Shown piece by piece: positions 49,721 to 60,477 of a DNA stretch of 64,000 nt. Position 1 is the first letter of the stretch. Every line of letters starts with the position of its first letter. Source of the DNA: an uncultured Holophagales bacterium (GTDB lineage Bacteria > Acidobacteriota > Thermoanaerobaculia > Multivoradales > UBA5704); the NCBI GenBank assembly GCA_963842525.1, contig CAWJGT010000001.1, positions 32,001 to 96,000 of the forward strand, given 5' to 3'. A program made the translations under genes and the position numbers. Below the pieces are notes generated by a model. That model was not told where the DNA came from. It saw only the letters and a program-made list of their open reading frames with translations, and did no database searches.

Positions 49721-52399
49721 GTCCGGAATGAAGACGAGCGTCTCCCCGCGCGCCGCTCCTTCCAGCCAGGGGCGGACGAGCAGCTCGAACAGGGCCGAAG
49801 AGGCCTTCTCCCAGGCTGCGCTGTCGGTGCGGTGGAGGGACCGCAGCGCAGCGACCTGCCGTTGGAGGTCTTCGCTGGAGACCGGCCGGTCGGCAAAGAG
49901 GACGCCCTTGCGCCGGACCCGCCACATGAGCAGCCGCTCGGGCAGGACGGCGTACTGTACCAGGGTGGTGCCGGAGGGGGAGCTCGCGGCGGATGGCTCC
50001 GAGGTCCAGCGGCTGCGGTTCGGCGGCGAGGAGCCTCGTGCGGTCGGCGCTTCCGATGCCCTTGGCCTGCGTGCGCGCCGCCAGAGCCGGCAGGCTGCGG
50101 GTGCGTGCGGTGTCCGCGAAGAGGAAGGCCGCCTCCGGCCGCCTGCGCTCGAACGCCTGGAAGGCGATCATTTCGTCGAACGCCTCCTCCGTCCTGTTCA
50201 GATAGGCGAGCCGCTGGTCCTCGCTGGAGAGCTGGGCGCCGAGCCGTTCATAGGCGGAGAGCGCCGCCTGGAGGTCCTCCTCGGCGCGCTCCAGGTCGCC
50301 GGCCTGCAGGAAGGCACGGGCGCGGAAGCGGTAGACCCAGAGAGTGAGGAAGTTGTGCCCGATCTCCTCATAGAAGCGCAGCGAGGAGGTGAGAAGGGAG
50401 ACGGCTTTCCGGGCATCGCCCGCCAGCATCATCTCGCCCTCGATCATCGAGATGTCGGCCATGGCGCGCCGGCGGGCGGCGCGGTCGGACAGGCGCTCGG
50501 CTCCCTGGCGGGCCAGACCCAGGTCGTGCCAGGCCCCCTGCCGGAGACCGGCCCGGCTCCGCAGGAGGCCGCGCCAGTGGTAGGCTTCGACCAGGGCTTC
50601 CGGAGTCGTCGCCTCCTTCGCCTGGAGCACCGCCTCGTCCTGGAAGCGGAGAGCGGCCTCCAGCTCTCCATCCGCCAAAGCGAGAATTGCCGCATTCGAA
50701 TAGAGGATGTACCTGCGCACGGGATCCTGCTGGGCCGCGGCGTCGCGCAGAGCGCGGTACCGGTAGCTCCAGGCATCCCGCTGGCGGCCGATCTGCTGCA
50801 AGGCTGTGGACAGCAGGCCGTGGACGGCTGCGACGTTGCCCGTCTCTCCGAGGCGCTGGAAGCAGGGGAGCGCCCTCTCATACTCGCGGGCCGCCGCCCT
50901 CGGGTCGCCCTGGTCCGAATGGATCAGGCCCCGCATCCAGAGGACATGGCCAAGGAGCGCTCCATAGGGTGCCTTGACGAGCTTGCGCTGGAGGCTCCCC
51001 AGAGCAACCGCGGACTGGCGCAAGGAACCGAGGCGGTAGGAGCAGGCAGTCCGGTAGAAAACAGCCCGTGCGGCAAAGGGGCTGTCCGCGCGGGCGAGAG
51101 CCTCGCCGGCGGCTGCGAGCTCTTCTGCGGCACCCTCCTGCGCGCCGCGCCGGTACAGGAAAAGGCCTCGCTTATAGGCGCGGTGTCCGGCCACCAGGGA
51201 GGACAGGCGAAGGCTGTCCCGCCGGTCCTTCGCGGCGTCGATCACTGCCACTGCATCGTGGACCAGGCGGTCGCCGCTGGCCCCTGCCAGGGCTCCGCCG
51301 ATCGTGCGGGCCGTCTCCAAAGCCCGGCCCGCCGCGTCCCCGGGCCGGCCCCAGGAGTCCGCCCATTCTCCGAGCAGTCCCTCGGCGCGCTCACGCGCCG
51401 CCTGGGGGTCTTCACCTGCCGCTGCCGCCGGAGGCCGGTCCAGAGCCATCCGCCGCTGCTGCGCCTCCTCGCTCCAGCCCGGCTCCGGGCCGAGCTGAGG
51501 TATGCATCCCAGTCCTCCCGGGCTCCGGCACGCAGGAAGAGGGACTCGGAGAACCGGCCCGGTTGAACAAGGCTTCCGGGAGCGCCGGATCGGCCTTCAG
51601 CGCCCGCTCTACGGCCCCGAGCGCCCGGACCAGATCCCCGGGCTCCTCCCGCTGCCGGGCGCGGAGGAAGTAGGCGGCGGCGAGGTCGTTCCAGGCGGCC
51701 GCGTCGCCAGGGGCGGCGGCCGTGACGCGCTCGAGCCGCCCGACGGCCCCGGCGATCCTCGTCCTGCTCCCCATCACCAGGTCCAGGACGGCCAGGGCAT
51801 GGAGCGCCTGGGGGGACGGCTTCGCCCTGGCCTCCCTCTCGATCTGCTGCAAGGCCTCTTTCAAGCTTGCGCGCTCGGGAGTGCCCAGGTCCGGCAGGCC
51901 GGAGCAACGGGATGCGGGGATCAGCCGGGAGCTGTCCGCCAAGGGCTGGCAGGGAGCGTAGTCGAAGCCTCCCGTCAGGCGTGGCTCCGCGGGCCGGCGT
52001 CCCTCCAGGGCGCGGGCGAGGGCCGGCAGCCCCGCCCCCGAGGCCACCCGCGCTGCCTGCGGGGTGCGCCAGCAGGTATACGCCGCAAGGCTCGCGGCCC
52101 CGAGCGAGAGCGCCGCGACCAGTTGCGATCTCCTCATGGAGACATCCTCGACCGCGCAGCCGGAGCTTACGAAAAAATCTGCCCAGGGGATTCCGGCGGA
52201 TCGCCTCTCATCGTACCAGAAGGCCTCGAGGTCGGGCGAGAGGCTGGTCGTTGCGCGGTGCATGACGGTCTCTTTCGCTTCGATAGACGGCTCCGCGTCC
52301 CCTTTTTCCCGCGCTGAAAAGACGCGACCGCGTCCGTCTGTAGAGACAGACAGTGAGCCAGCGCAACCGAACGCCATCTGCTATGACAAGGAGGCAATC

Positions 52400-54294
52400 A
52401 TGGAGAAACGCAACCCGGAGGACGGGCAGACCCCGGACCTCTACCTGGAGCGCGAGGACGACCTGCTGAACGACCTCGACCCCCACCTCCAGGAGCTGAT
52501 CCTGGCCCAACGCGCCGGCGAAGTGCCGGACAGCTCGATCGTTACGGATGTGAACGGAGTCTTCCGTGTGGACGTGATCGCGAAGCTGAGAAACCCGGAG
52601 GAGGAGGTCCCGGGGTTTCAGGTGGTGAGCACGATCGGCGACATCGTCACCGGCTCGGTCGCGCTGCCCGACATCGAGAGAGTCCGCCGGCACGACAACG
52701 TCAGGAGCCTCAAGGCGGCCACCCGTGTGCAGCCGATGCTGGACGCGTCGGTGCCGGAGGTGCGCTGTGACGCCGCGACGCTTCGCAATGCCTTCCCCGA
52801 CATTGACCAGGGGATCGACGGCAGGGGCGTGATCGTGGGGATCGTGGATATCGGTTGTGACTTCGCGCACAGGAGCTTCCTGGACGGTTCCAGCTCCCGC
52901 ATCCTCTCTCTCTGGGATCAGCGGGAGCGTAACGCCACAGAGCAGCGGCCTGTCCGTCCGACCGCGCCATCACCGGCGGGCTTCGGCTACGGCCGGGAAT
53001 TCACGCAAGCCCGGCTCAATGACGCCCTTGCCAAGAGCGATCCCTATGCGGACATCGATCATGAGCTGGCGGCAGCGGCCCACGGCACGCACGTCATGGA
53101 CATTGCGGCCGGGAACGGGCAGAACGGACAGCCCGGAGTGGCTCCCAGGGCCAGCCTGATTTTTGTCCATGTCGACATCGACGATGTCGCCGATTCCGAA
53201 TCGCTGGGCAATTCCCGGCGCCTGCTGGAAGCTGTCGAGTACATCTTCCGGAAAGCCGGCTCCACCCCTGTCGTCGTCAACCTCAGCCTCGGCACCCACG
53301 GCGGGCCGAAAGACGGCAGCACTCTCGTCGAGCAGGCCCTCGACCGGCAGCTCGAAACCGCCGGGCGGGCGACCGTGATCGCGGCGGGCAACTCCTTCAA
53401 CCTGCGGTCGCACGCTCAGGGCACGGTCCAGCCCGGCCAGCCGGTGACTCTATCCTGGGAGATCATCCCCTTCGACCGGACTCCCAACGAGTTGGAGGTC
53501 TGGTATGACTTCGCGGACGGATCCAGCCTGGAGGTTACCCTGACGGCCCCGAACGGCACGTCGCTGGGGCCTGTCCCGGTCGGGGAGACCTATGTGATCC
53601 GGAATCAGAATGGAATGAGGGTAGGGCGGGTCATCCACCGGAGGAGGGATCCAACAATGGCGACCGCCAGATCGACATCCTGCTCCAACCGTCTCTGTCG
53701 TCAGGGAGCTGGAAGGTCAGGCTGGAGGCCCGCGGCTCCCACCTGTTCCGTTCCATGCCTGGATCGAACGCGACGACTCGGCCAGTCCACCTTTACGCCA
53801 GCAGGAGAGCCGGACTCACACCCTGGGCTCGATTCCGCGGCCGGCGCACGATTGCGGTGGGCTCTCATGACCCGCGGGACCCGCAGCGCAGGCTTTCAGG
53901 GTTCTCCGCCTCGGGTCTACGCGGGATGGAAGGGCCAAGCCGGACGTGAGCGCACCGGGCCAGCACATCGTAGCTGCCAGAGCGCGCGGCGGCACCACGC
54001 AGAAACAGGGGACCAGCATGGCCGCCCCGCACGTGACCGGGCTCGTCGCGCTCATGCTCCAGGTCAACGGTGCGTTGTCCGCCCAGAAGATCCTGGACGC
54101 GCTGAAGCGCGGCACGGCGCAACCCGCCCGCCGGGACCGGGCAGGACGCACGGTACGGGAACGGCCGGATCGACGGCGTAGCGGCCCTGCAGGCGGTCCA
54201 GACGCCGGTCGCCGTCCTGGTACCGCCGCCTCAGGCCAATGTTGTGGTTCCTGTACCACTGGCAGAGGTCATTCCGTCCAACGGACATGCATAG
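52400..54294 (+). CDS. S8 subtilisin-like serine peptidase (frameshifts after approx. 53650)
   Basis: GIVDIG (D), HGTHV (H), IAAGN, GTSMAAPHV (S), YGNGRID. Confidence 0.88.
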
Positions 54295-54420
54295 TGCCGG
54301 CTCTGCTCGCCAGCCTGATCTCCGGTACCTATCGCATCGACGTCAACGTCGAGCGGCTCGAAAACTAGCAGCAGGCCAGGGTCGCGGCGCCTCTGTCGGC
54401 AGCGCCGCGGCCTCACGCGC

Positions 54421-55638
54421 TCACGGGTGATCCTCCTCCGGCTCTCCTTTCGGTCCCCAACGGGCATGGACCAGGCAACCGACCACTCCCACGGCAAAGG
54501 CGGCGTAGAACGGCCACCTCCGGTCGAGGGTCCACAGCCAGCCGCCGATCAGCGGGGCCGGGAACACGGCGAGGCCGCGGATCAGGTAATAGAGGCCGAC
54601 GGAGCGCCCGCGTGCCCCGGCGGCGGCGAGGTCGAGGATGAGCGCCTTGCGCGCCGGCTCGCCGGTCTCCCGCAGGCCGCCCACCACGAAGGCGGCGGTC
54701 AGCGCGGCGGGTCCGGCGGCGGTGGCGAGCGCCAACGGGAAGAGGGCGAAGAAGGCGAAGGTCAGGAGGACGAACGGCTTGCGGTTCATCCGGTCGGACA
54801 TCGTGGCGACCGGCAGGTAGACGAGGGTCGCGGCGATCATCTGGACGCTGGTCAGCCAGCCGAACTGGATCGCGGTGCCGCCCAGGACGTCGACGACGAA
54901 GAGGAGGATGAAGACCTTGGGGATGCCCTCGGCCCAGCGCGCCAGGACGTCGGCGGCGAGCAGCCGCTTGAGGCCCGGGTCCATCCGCCGCCAGAGGCTC
55001 CGCAGGTCCTGCGGATCGGCAGGCGGTGCCTCCCTTTCCTGATAGGCGCGCCGCAGGATCCAGATCCCCAGGAGTGCGAGGCCGATGGTGACCGCCACCC
55101 CGGCCCGCACACCGCCCTGCATGCCGAGGCCGACGATGAGGGCGCCCCCCAGCGGCGGCGCGAGGATGATCGGCACCCTTTTGAGGGTGGACTGCACCCC
55201 GAACCCGATCGCCCGTCTCTTGGAGGGTAGATGGTCGCCCAACACCGCGAAGATGGCCGGCAGCGTCAAGCTGCTCCAGGCCATGACGAGCACCGTGCCG
55301 GCCAGCACCCACGGCCAGCTCGGCGCCACCAGATAGAGGACATAGCCGGCGATGGCGAGCAGCGCGAAGAGGATCAGCGACGAGCGTCGGCCGAAGCGGT
55401 CCGCGAGCCAGCCGCCCGGGTAGGGATAGACGGCGTCGAGCAACTCACGAAGGGTCCCATAGAAGGCCACCCCCCACGCTCCGGCCCCGAGCACCTCCAG
55501 ATACTTGGGCACGAAGCGCACCCACAGCTCCTCGCCCATCCCCAGGACGAGGAATGCGGCGAGCATCGCGACGACGTTGCGCTCCAGCCCCAGGGAGGAG
55601 CGGAAGCGGGAGAGTGGCGGAGCGGCGGCGGGGAGCAC
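54421..55638 (-). CDS. MFS transporter
   Basis: GGWLADRFGRR motif A, about 12 TM segments. Confidence 0.92.
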   Translation of the reverse strand: MLPAAAPPLSRFRSSLGLERNVVAMLAAFLVLGMGEELWVRFVPKYLEVLGAGAWGVAFYGTLRELLDAVYPYPGGWLADRFGRRSSLILFALLAIAGYVLYLVAPSWPWVLAGTVLVMAWSSLTLPAIFAVLGDHLPSKRRAIGFGVQSTLKRVPIILAPPLGGALIVGLGMQGGVRAGVAVTIGLALLGIWILRRAYQEREAPPADPQDLRSLWRRMDPGLKRLLAADVLARWAEGIPKVFILLFVVDVLGGTAIQFGWLTSVQMIAATLVYLPVATMSDRMNRKPFVLLTFAFFALFPLALATAAGPAALTAAFVVGGLRETGEPARKALILDLAAAGARGRSVGLYYLIRGLAVFPAPLIGGWLWTLDRRWPFYAAFAVGVVGCLVHARWGPKGEPEEDHP

Positions 55639-55714
55639 GAAGGAGATTGTAATACATGTTGCTAGATGGAAACAGTAGTTTCACGCTGTGTCATGCTATT
55701 TGCGGGGGGGCGGG

Positions 55715-55984
55715 GTAGAGACGCCCCCAGTCCGTGACCACGAACCTGCCGGGTGCATACAGTCGGGGCGTCTCAAGGCCTCGCCCGCGAAACGGGTTCG
55801 CTCTTGCGCAGGAAACACGGATGGGATGGCTGTGCACAGGGACAGCCGGCCCGTCAGCGATGCGCGTACCGTGGACCCATCTCGGCGTCCACGGCGTGCT
55901 GTCGGCGTTGGTGGTATCTGGGGCCGTGAGTGAGACGCCCCGACTGTGTGCACCCGGTCAGTTTGGTCACGGACTGGGGCGTCT
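55715..55984. repeat. inverted doublet of GTAG-type REP elements
   Basis: GTAGAGACGCCCC-loop-GGGGCGTCTC at 55715-55774 (+) and an inverted copy at 55931-55984 whose GTAG lies at 57421-57424. Confidence 0.85.
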
Positions 55985-55998
55985 TCTATGAGAAGGCC

Positions 55999-56259
55999 CC
56001 GAATGTCAAGGCCGCCTTGGCGGCCTTCCCTATCTGGCTTCAGAGCTGCGTCTGTCCCCGAGTCTTCTATCCGCACTCTCGAGGAGTCCGTCGCTTGGAC
56101 TCGGTGCATGATGGGGTTCCACCGCAGCGGCGCTGCTATCTCTACAGCGGCCTCGTAGGCTGAAGACGCCCAGCGCAGTCGCCGGCAGCGGGGGTTCGAA
56201 CGCGAGCTCCTATCGACCGTGGTTTCTCCTACCTGAGATTTCCCCCTACCTGAGCTTTT
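55999..56259 (-). ncRNA. candidate seekRNA/bridge RNA
   Basis: 3' non-coding region holds segments matching the target (56164-56171, 56139-56145) and the donor junction (56110-56115, 56063-56070); RNA ends are not determined. Confidence 0.75.
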
Positions 56260-57318
56260 TTACGCTGCTGCCGGCTGGCGGCACAGCTCGTAATCCTCGC
56301 CGCTGATCCAGAGCCGGTGCAGCAGCACCGCCAGTTTCCGGGCCACGGCCACCACCGCTCGCTTCTTGCCGTTTTTGCCTCCACGCCGCGCCAGTTCCAG
56401 TCCGAACCTGCGTAGATCGCTGTCCTGGCCGAAAGGACCGAGGATGTAGTGCGCGGCCTGCACCAGCAGCCAGCGCAACAGCCGGTCGCCCTGCTTGGTG
56501 ATCGGCAACTGCGGCGTCGAGCTGCCCGAGCTTCGACTTGCTGGCACCAATCCCAGGTAGGCCCCCACCGAACGCGAGCGAGCAAAACGATGCGGATCGT
56601 CCAGCGTCAACACGAAGACCAGAGACGTCAGCGCTCCCACTCCCTTGATCTGGCGCAACCGCTGCGTCACGGCAAAACGCTGCGCCCACGCCTCAATGTC
56701 TCGGTCAAAGCCCCCGATCCGCTCACTCAGATCAGCGATCACCGCCAACAGCGGCTCCAGAGAAGCCTTCAGCGTCTGCGGCAAGGCCTGCGACGCACTT
56801 CGGGCGAAGCTTTTCGCCGAGCACCCCGGCAGGCGAAAGCCGAACGACTTCACCATCCCGCGGACCTGGTTGACCAGCATCGTCCGGACCTTGACCAGAC
56901 CCTCCCGGGCGCGCACCACCGCCAAGGCTTGCTGCGCTTCCGGGCTTCGCGCGTGCACCGGACTGAGCAACTCCGGGTCCACTCGGCCCAACTGCGCCAG
57001 GCACCGGGCATCCCGCTCGTCGCTTTTGCGCAGGCTCGATGCGATCGCCCGAACCTTGCTGGGATTGGCGGTGATCACCTGGTGGCCCAAAGATTCCAAC
57101 AACCGCCGCACCCAGGGTGTGTGCGTCCCGCTCTCCAGGATGACCAAACACGGGCTTGCCCCTTCAAAGTAGCGCTGAAAGCTCGCCGAGGTCGTCGACA
57201 GACGCTTCTCTTCCAAGATCGCTCCCGTTTCTCGATCCAGACGACAGATCTGACTCGAACGGTCCCCAAGGTCTACGCCCACCACCGCCTCCACCTCCAC
57301 TCTGATAGCATTCTTCAT
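56260..57318 (-). CDS. IS110-family transposase/recombinase
   Basis: GVDLG, LESG, KSDERDA (DEDD), GVG, AYLGLVP..SSG, AVARKL. Confidence 0.95.
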   Translation of the reverse strand: MKNAIRVEVEAVVGVDLGDRSSQICRLDRETGAILEEKRLSTTSASFQRYFEGASPCLVILESGTHTPWVRRLLESLGHQVITANPSKVRAIASSLRKSDERDARCLAQLGRVDPELLSPVHARSPEAQQALAVVRAREGLVKVRTMLVNQVRGMVKSFGFRLPGCSAKSFARSASQALPQTLKASLEPLLAVIADLSERIGGFDRDIEAWAQRFAVTQRLRQIKGVGALTSLVFVLTLDDPHRFARSRSVGAYLGLVPASRSSGSSTPQLPITKQGDRLLRWLLVQAAHYILGPFGQDSDLRRFGLELARRGGKNGKKRAVVAVARKLAVLLHRLWISGEDYELCRQPAAA

Positions 57319-57420
57319 GGCCACCCTCCTTTCTTGCGCTTTCCAGCGCTTAAATATTCCCAGTTTGCAGGGCCATTTTAAGGCACTGCGCACCGGGAGG
57401 GTGGCCTTCTCATCCCATCT

Positions 57421-57666
57421 CTACCCCCAGCGGTTCCGGAAGGGCTTCGCTGTGCTCCAACCGATCGGCGAGCACGCGAAGGGTCAGGGCCTGCGCCGCG
57501 GAGAGGGCGGCTTCCCGCGTCGGGCCGTAGACCATGACCTCAGGGCCTGCGCCGCGGAGAGGGCGGCTTCCCGCGTCGGGCCGTAGACCATGACCCCGGG
57601 GAGATCGGTGACGTCCGCGATCCAGCGACCATCGACTTCTCGTTCCAGCTCGACCGTCAGACGCAT
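57421..57666 (-). pseudogene. HicB-like antitoxin, disrupted by a 56-bp tandem duplication
   Basis: ELEREVDGRWIADVTDLPGVMVYGPTREAAL; 57484-57539 repeated at 57540-57595. Confidence 0.75.
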
Positions 57667-57711
57667 GAACGGAGGATACCACGCACCTGCCCTACAGGGC
57701 TGAGGATTCAG

Positions 57712-58431
57712 CTACTTCGGCGGCCGGCTGGGCCGCATCTCCACCCGGCTCGGCAGGGCGTGCGGGGGATAGCTGAGCAGGTGGAGGACCATGGAGGCGA
57801 TGTCCTCCGGGCGGAGCTTCCAGCTCTGGTCGCCGCTCTGGCTGCCTCTCCCGAAGGTGGTGTCGACGCTGCCGGGCATGATTGCGGCCACCCGGATGCC
57901 GTGCGGGCGCAGGTCCAGCATGGCCGCCTCGGAGAGGCCGAGCAGGCCGAACTTGCTGGCGTTGTAGGCGGAGCCGCCGGGGAACGGGTTCTTCGAGGCC
58001 AGGGAGGCGATGTTGATGATCCAGCCGTGCCCCTGCCGCTTCTGGGCCGGCGCCACGGCGTGGATGAAATAGAAGCAGCCGTCGAGGTTCGTCTGGATCA
58101 CCTCCCGCCACTGGTCGCCGGTCAGCTCGTCGACCGGCGCGAAGCGGCCCAGGCCGGCATTGTTGACCAGGCAGTCGATCCGTCCGGCCGCCTCCAGCAC
58201 CCAGGCGACGAAGCCGTCGACCTCCTCCTGGTTGCGGACGTCGACGGGCCGGCCGTCCACCCGGTCGCCGAAGCGCTCGCGCAGCTCGCCGAGCGCCTTT
58301 TCGACCGAGCCCGGAGCCCGGCTGCAGATGTAGACGCGCCACCCCTCCGCGAGCAGCGCCTCGGCGGTGCTGCGTCCAATCCCGCGGCTGCCGCCGGTGA
58401 CGATGGCGATTCTGGAGTTTTCTTCAGCCAT
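57712..58431 (-). CDS. SDR-family oxidoreductase
   Basis: TGGSRGIG, NNAG, YNASK. Confidence 0.95.
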   Translation of the reverse strand: MAEENSRIAIVTGGSRGIGRSTAEALLAEGWRVYICSRAPGSVEKALGELRERFGDRVDGRPVDVRNQEEVDGFVAWVLEAAGRIDCLVNNAGLGRFAPVDELTGDQWREVIQTNLDGCFYFIHAVAPAQKRQGHGWIINIASLASKNPFPGGSAYNASKFGLLGLSEAAMLDLRPHGIRVAAIMPGSVDTTFGRGSQSGDQSWKLRPEDIASMVLHLLSYPPHALPSRVEMRPSRPPK

Positions 58432-58516
58432 TCGCGTAAGCCCTCCTCGGCGTACTGTACCCCGGAATGCCGGAGCCGGACCCCATGTTTTGATGGGTCG
58501 AAGGGAGGGGTGCGAG

Positions 58517-59233
58517 ATGTTCGGTTTCATCGATCCGGTCTATCTGCTGTTCATCCTGCCGGCCCTGGCGCTGTCGCTCTGGGCGAGCTGGCGGACGAAG
58601 TCGGCTTTCAACAAATACTCCGGCGTGCGGACGATGCGCGGGTTGACCGGGGCCCAGGCCGCCAAGACGCTGTTGGAGCGGTCCGGGATCCACGACGTGC
58701 AGGTCGTGCCGACGCACGGCATGCTGACCGACCATTACAATCCGACGAACAAGACCCTGGCACTGTCCGAAGGGGTCTATGGCTCGCCGTCGGTGGCGGC
58801 GGTGGGCGTCGCCTGCCACGAGGCGGGCCATGCGATCCAGCACGCCGAAGGGTACAAGCCGCTGTGGCTGCGTTCGGTGCTGGTGCCCACCGCCAACATC
58901 GGCTCGACCCTGGGCTACATCGTGATGGCGCTCGGCCTGCTGTTCCTCTACATGGGGTCGCAGTTCGGGCAGAGCATGGTGCTGTTCGGCGCCCTGCTGT
59001 TCTCGGCGGTGTTGGTGTTCCAGATCGTGACCCTGCCGGTCGAATTCGACGCCTCGGCGCGGGCGAAGCGGCTGGCGCTGGCCAACGGCATCATCCTGGA
59101 GCAGGAGCGCGAGGGCATGGACCGGGTGCTCAACGCCGCGGCCCTGACCTACGTGGCGGCGGTCGTCTCCACGCTGATGACCCTGCTGTACTATCTGTTC
59201 CGCGCCGGCCTGCTCGGCGGACGCCGCGATTAG
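58517..59233 (+). CDS. membrane zinc metallopeptidase (YugP-like)
   Basis: LTDHYNP, HEAGHAIQH, TLPVEFDAS, AAALTYVA. Confidence 0.93.
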   Translation: MFGFIDPVYLLFILPALALSLWASWRTKSAFNKYSGVRTMRGLTGAQAAKTLLERSGIHDVQVVPTHGMLTDHYNPTNKTLALSEGVYGSPSVAAVGVACHEAGHAIQHAEGYKPLWLRSVLVPTANIGSTLGYIVMALGLLFLYMGSQFGQSMVLFGALLFSAVLVFQIVTLPVEFDASARAKRLALANGIILEQEREGMDRVLNAAALTYVAAVVSTLMTLLYYLFRAGLLGGRRD

Positions 59234-59282
59234 GGACGCGCATCTGGACGGCTTTCGGTCTCCGTCCGTATACTGAGCTGCT

Positions 59283-60477
59283 ATGAATAGAGTGCTGTGC
59301 CTCCTTCTCCTCGCCATCGTTTTCGTGCCGGCCGTCGGCTGCGACAAGGTCAACCCGACCGCCCCGAACGGGACCATCCTCACGATGAGCGCCAACCCGG
59401 CGCAGATCTCCTTGAACGGTACATCGACCATCACGGTGATCGGCCGCAAGCCGAACGGCAGCCCCCTGAACCGGGGGACCGAGGTCCGGCTCGACGACGA
59501 CACTCGGCAGCATCGAGCCCTTCGTGCAGGTCGATGACGACGGCGTGGCGACCGCGACCCTGCGGGGCGACGGCCGGCAGGGGGTCGCGACGATCACGGC
59601 CGCTACGTCCTCGGCCGGCGGCACCACGCCGCCCGCGACTCCGACTCCTCCCCCCGGCGGCACGACCCCCACTCCCCCGACCGGCGGCAGCAGCAGCGGC
59701 ACCTCCAGCGTCACCTTGGGCGTGGAGATCGGCGGGGCGGCGAAGACGATCGTCTTACAGGCGACTCCGACCAATCTTCCCTCGACGGGGGGCAACGTCA
59801 GCCTGGTCGCCCTTGTGCGGGACTCCCGGGGACAACCGCTGGTCAACGCGCGTGTGAATTTCCTCACCGAGCTCGGGAGGCTCAGCTCGGGAGGTGCGCT
59901 GCGGAATACGAATGCGAACGGCCAGGCGACAGATACCCTCATCGTCAGCGAAAGCGACATCGACCTCACGGAGAGCACCGGCTTCAATGTGACGGCTCAG
60001 ACCGCGGCAAGCGACGGGGTCCTGGTCAGCGACGATTTTCACATCACGGTCCAGAGCGGCAAGCCACAGGCGGATTTCCGGGTGGAGGGGACCGGGCGCA
60101 ACGTGAAGTTCGTCAGCACCTCGACGGGTGAAGAGCCGCTGACCTTCGACTGGGACTTTGGAGATGACACGGCGCACTCGACGGAGCGAAACCCCAGCCA
60201 TCTGTATGCCACGGCCTCAACCTACACTGTGGTTCTGGAAGTGACGAACGCTCGCGGCGGCGACGTGGTGACCAAGCGGGTCGAGGTCTCGGCCAGCGGA
60301 GCTTCCCAAGATCGTCCCATGACCTGGAGCAGGTGGACCAGGAGCGGCCCTTGGGCCGCTCCTGCCGTCTCTGGCCTGTGGAGCCGGGCCCCCTGCTATA
60401 ATGCGGCCACTTTGCCGGCCGACCTCGATGCCTTCCGCCCCGTCCCCTGCCACCACCATGCCCAAGGTGTCTCATGA
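59283..60477 (+). CDS. lipoprotein with Ig-like and PKD domains (frameshift near 59500; 3' end uncertain)
   Basis: AVGC lipobox, Thr/Gly-rich Ig strands, WDFGD...NPSHLY PKD motif. Confidence 0.75.

Larger units (their letters stand above)
47281..52137 (-). pseudogene. TPR plus CHAT (caspase-like protease) protein interrupted by IS66
   Basis: N-terminal hydrophobic anchor, TPRs (EALFNRA), LVFIPD|KALHGVPFAAL across the IS, VHFAGHA (His), LVVLSACGT (Cys), VVASLW.VDD, WGAF. Confidence 0.88.
55985..57420 (-). mobile_element. IS110-family, IS1111-type element
   Basis: Sub-terminal IR ATGAGAAGGCC at 57403-57413 and 55988-55998, 7 and 3 nt from the ends; excision restores an intact REP; no TSD. Confidence 0.9.

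Noticed and set aside
55688-56163. Short ORFs 55696-56109 and 55930-56163
   Set aside because: They cross REP and IS boundaries and the candidate guide RNA region, and have no protein-like features
55712-57427. GGGGTAGAGA inverted pair as the IS110 ends
   Set aside because: These are the heads of the two inverted REPs; the true sub-terminal IR is ATGAGAAGGCC
11523-59537. Calling all single-base-frameshifted genes pseudogenes (XRE-TPRs, ampG, dynamin, S8, PKD lipoprotein)
   Set aside because: Indels are scattered over many otherwise intact genes, including conserved ones; likely consensus errors that cannot be resolved without reads
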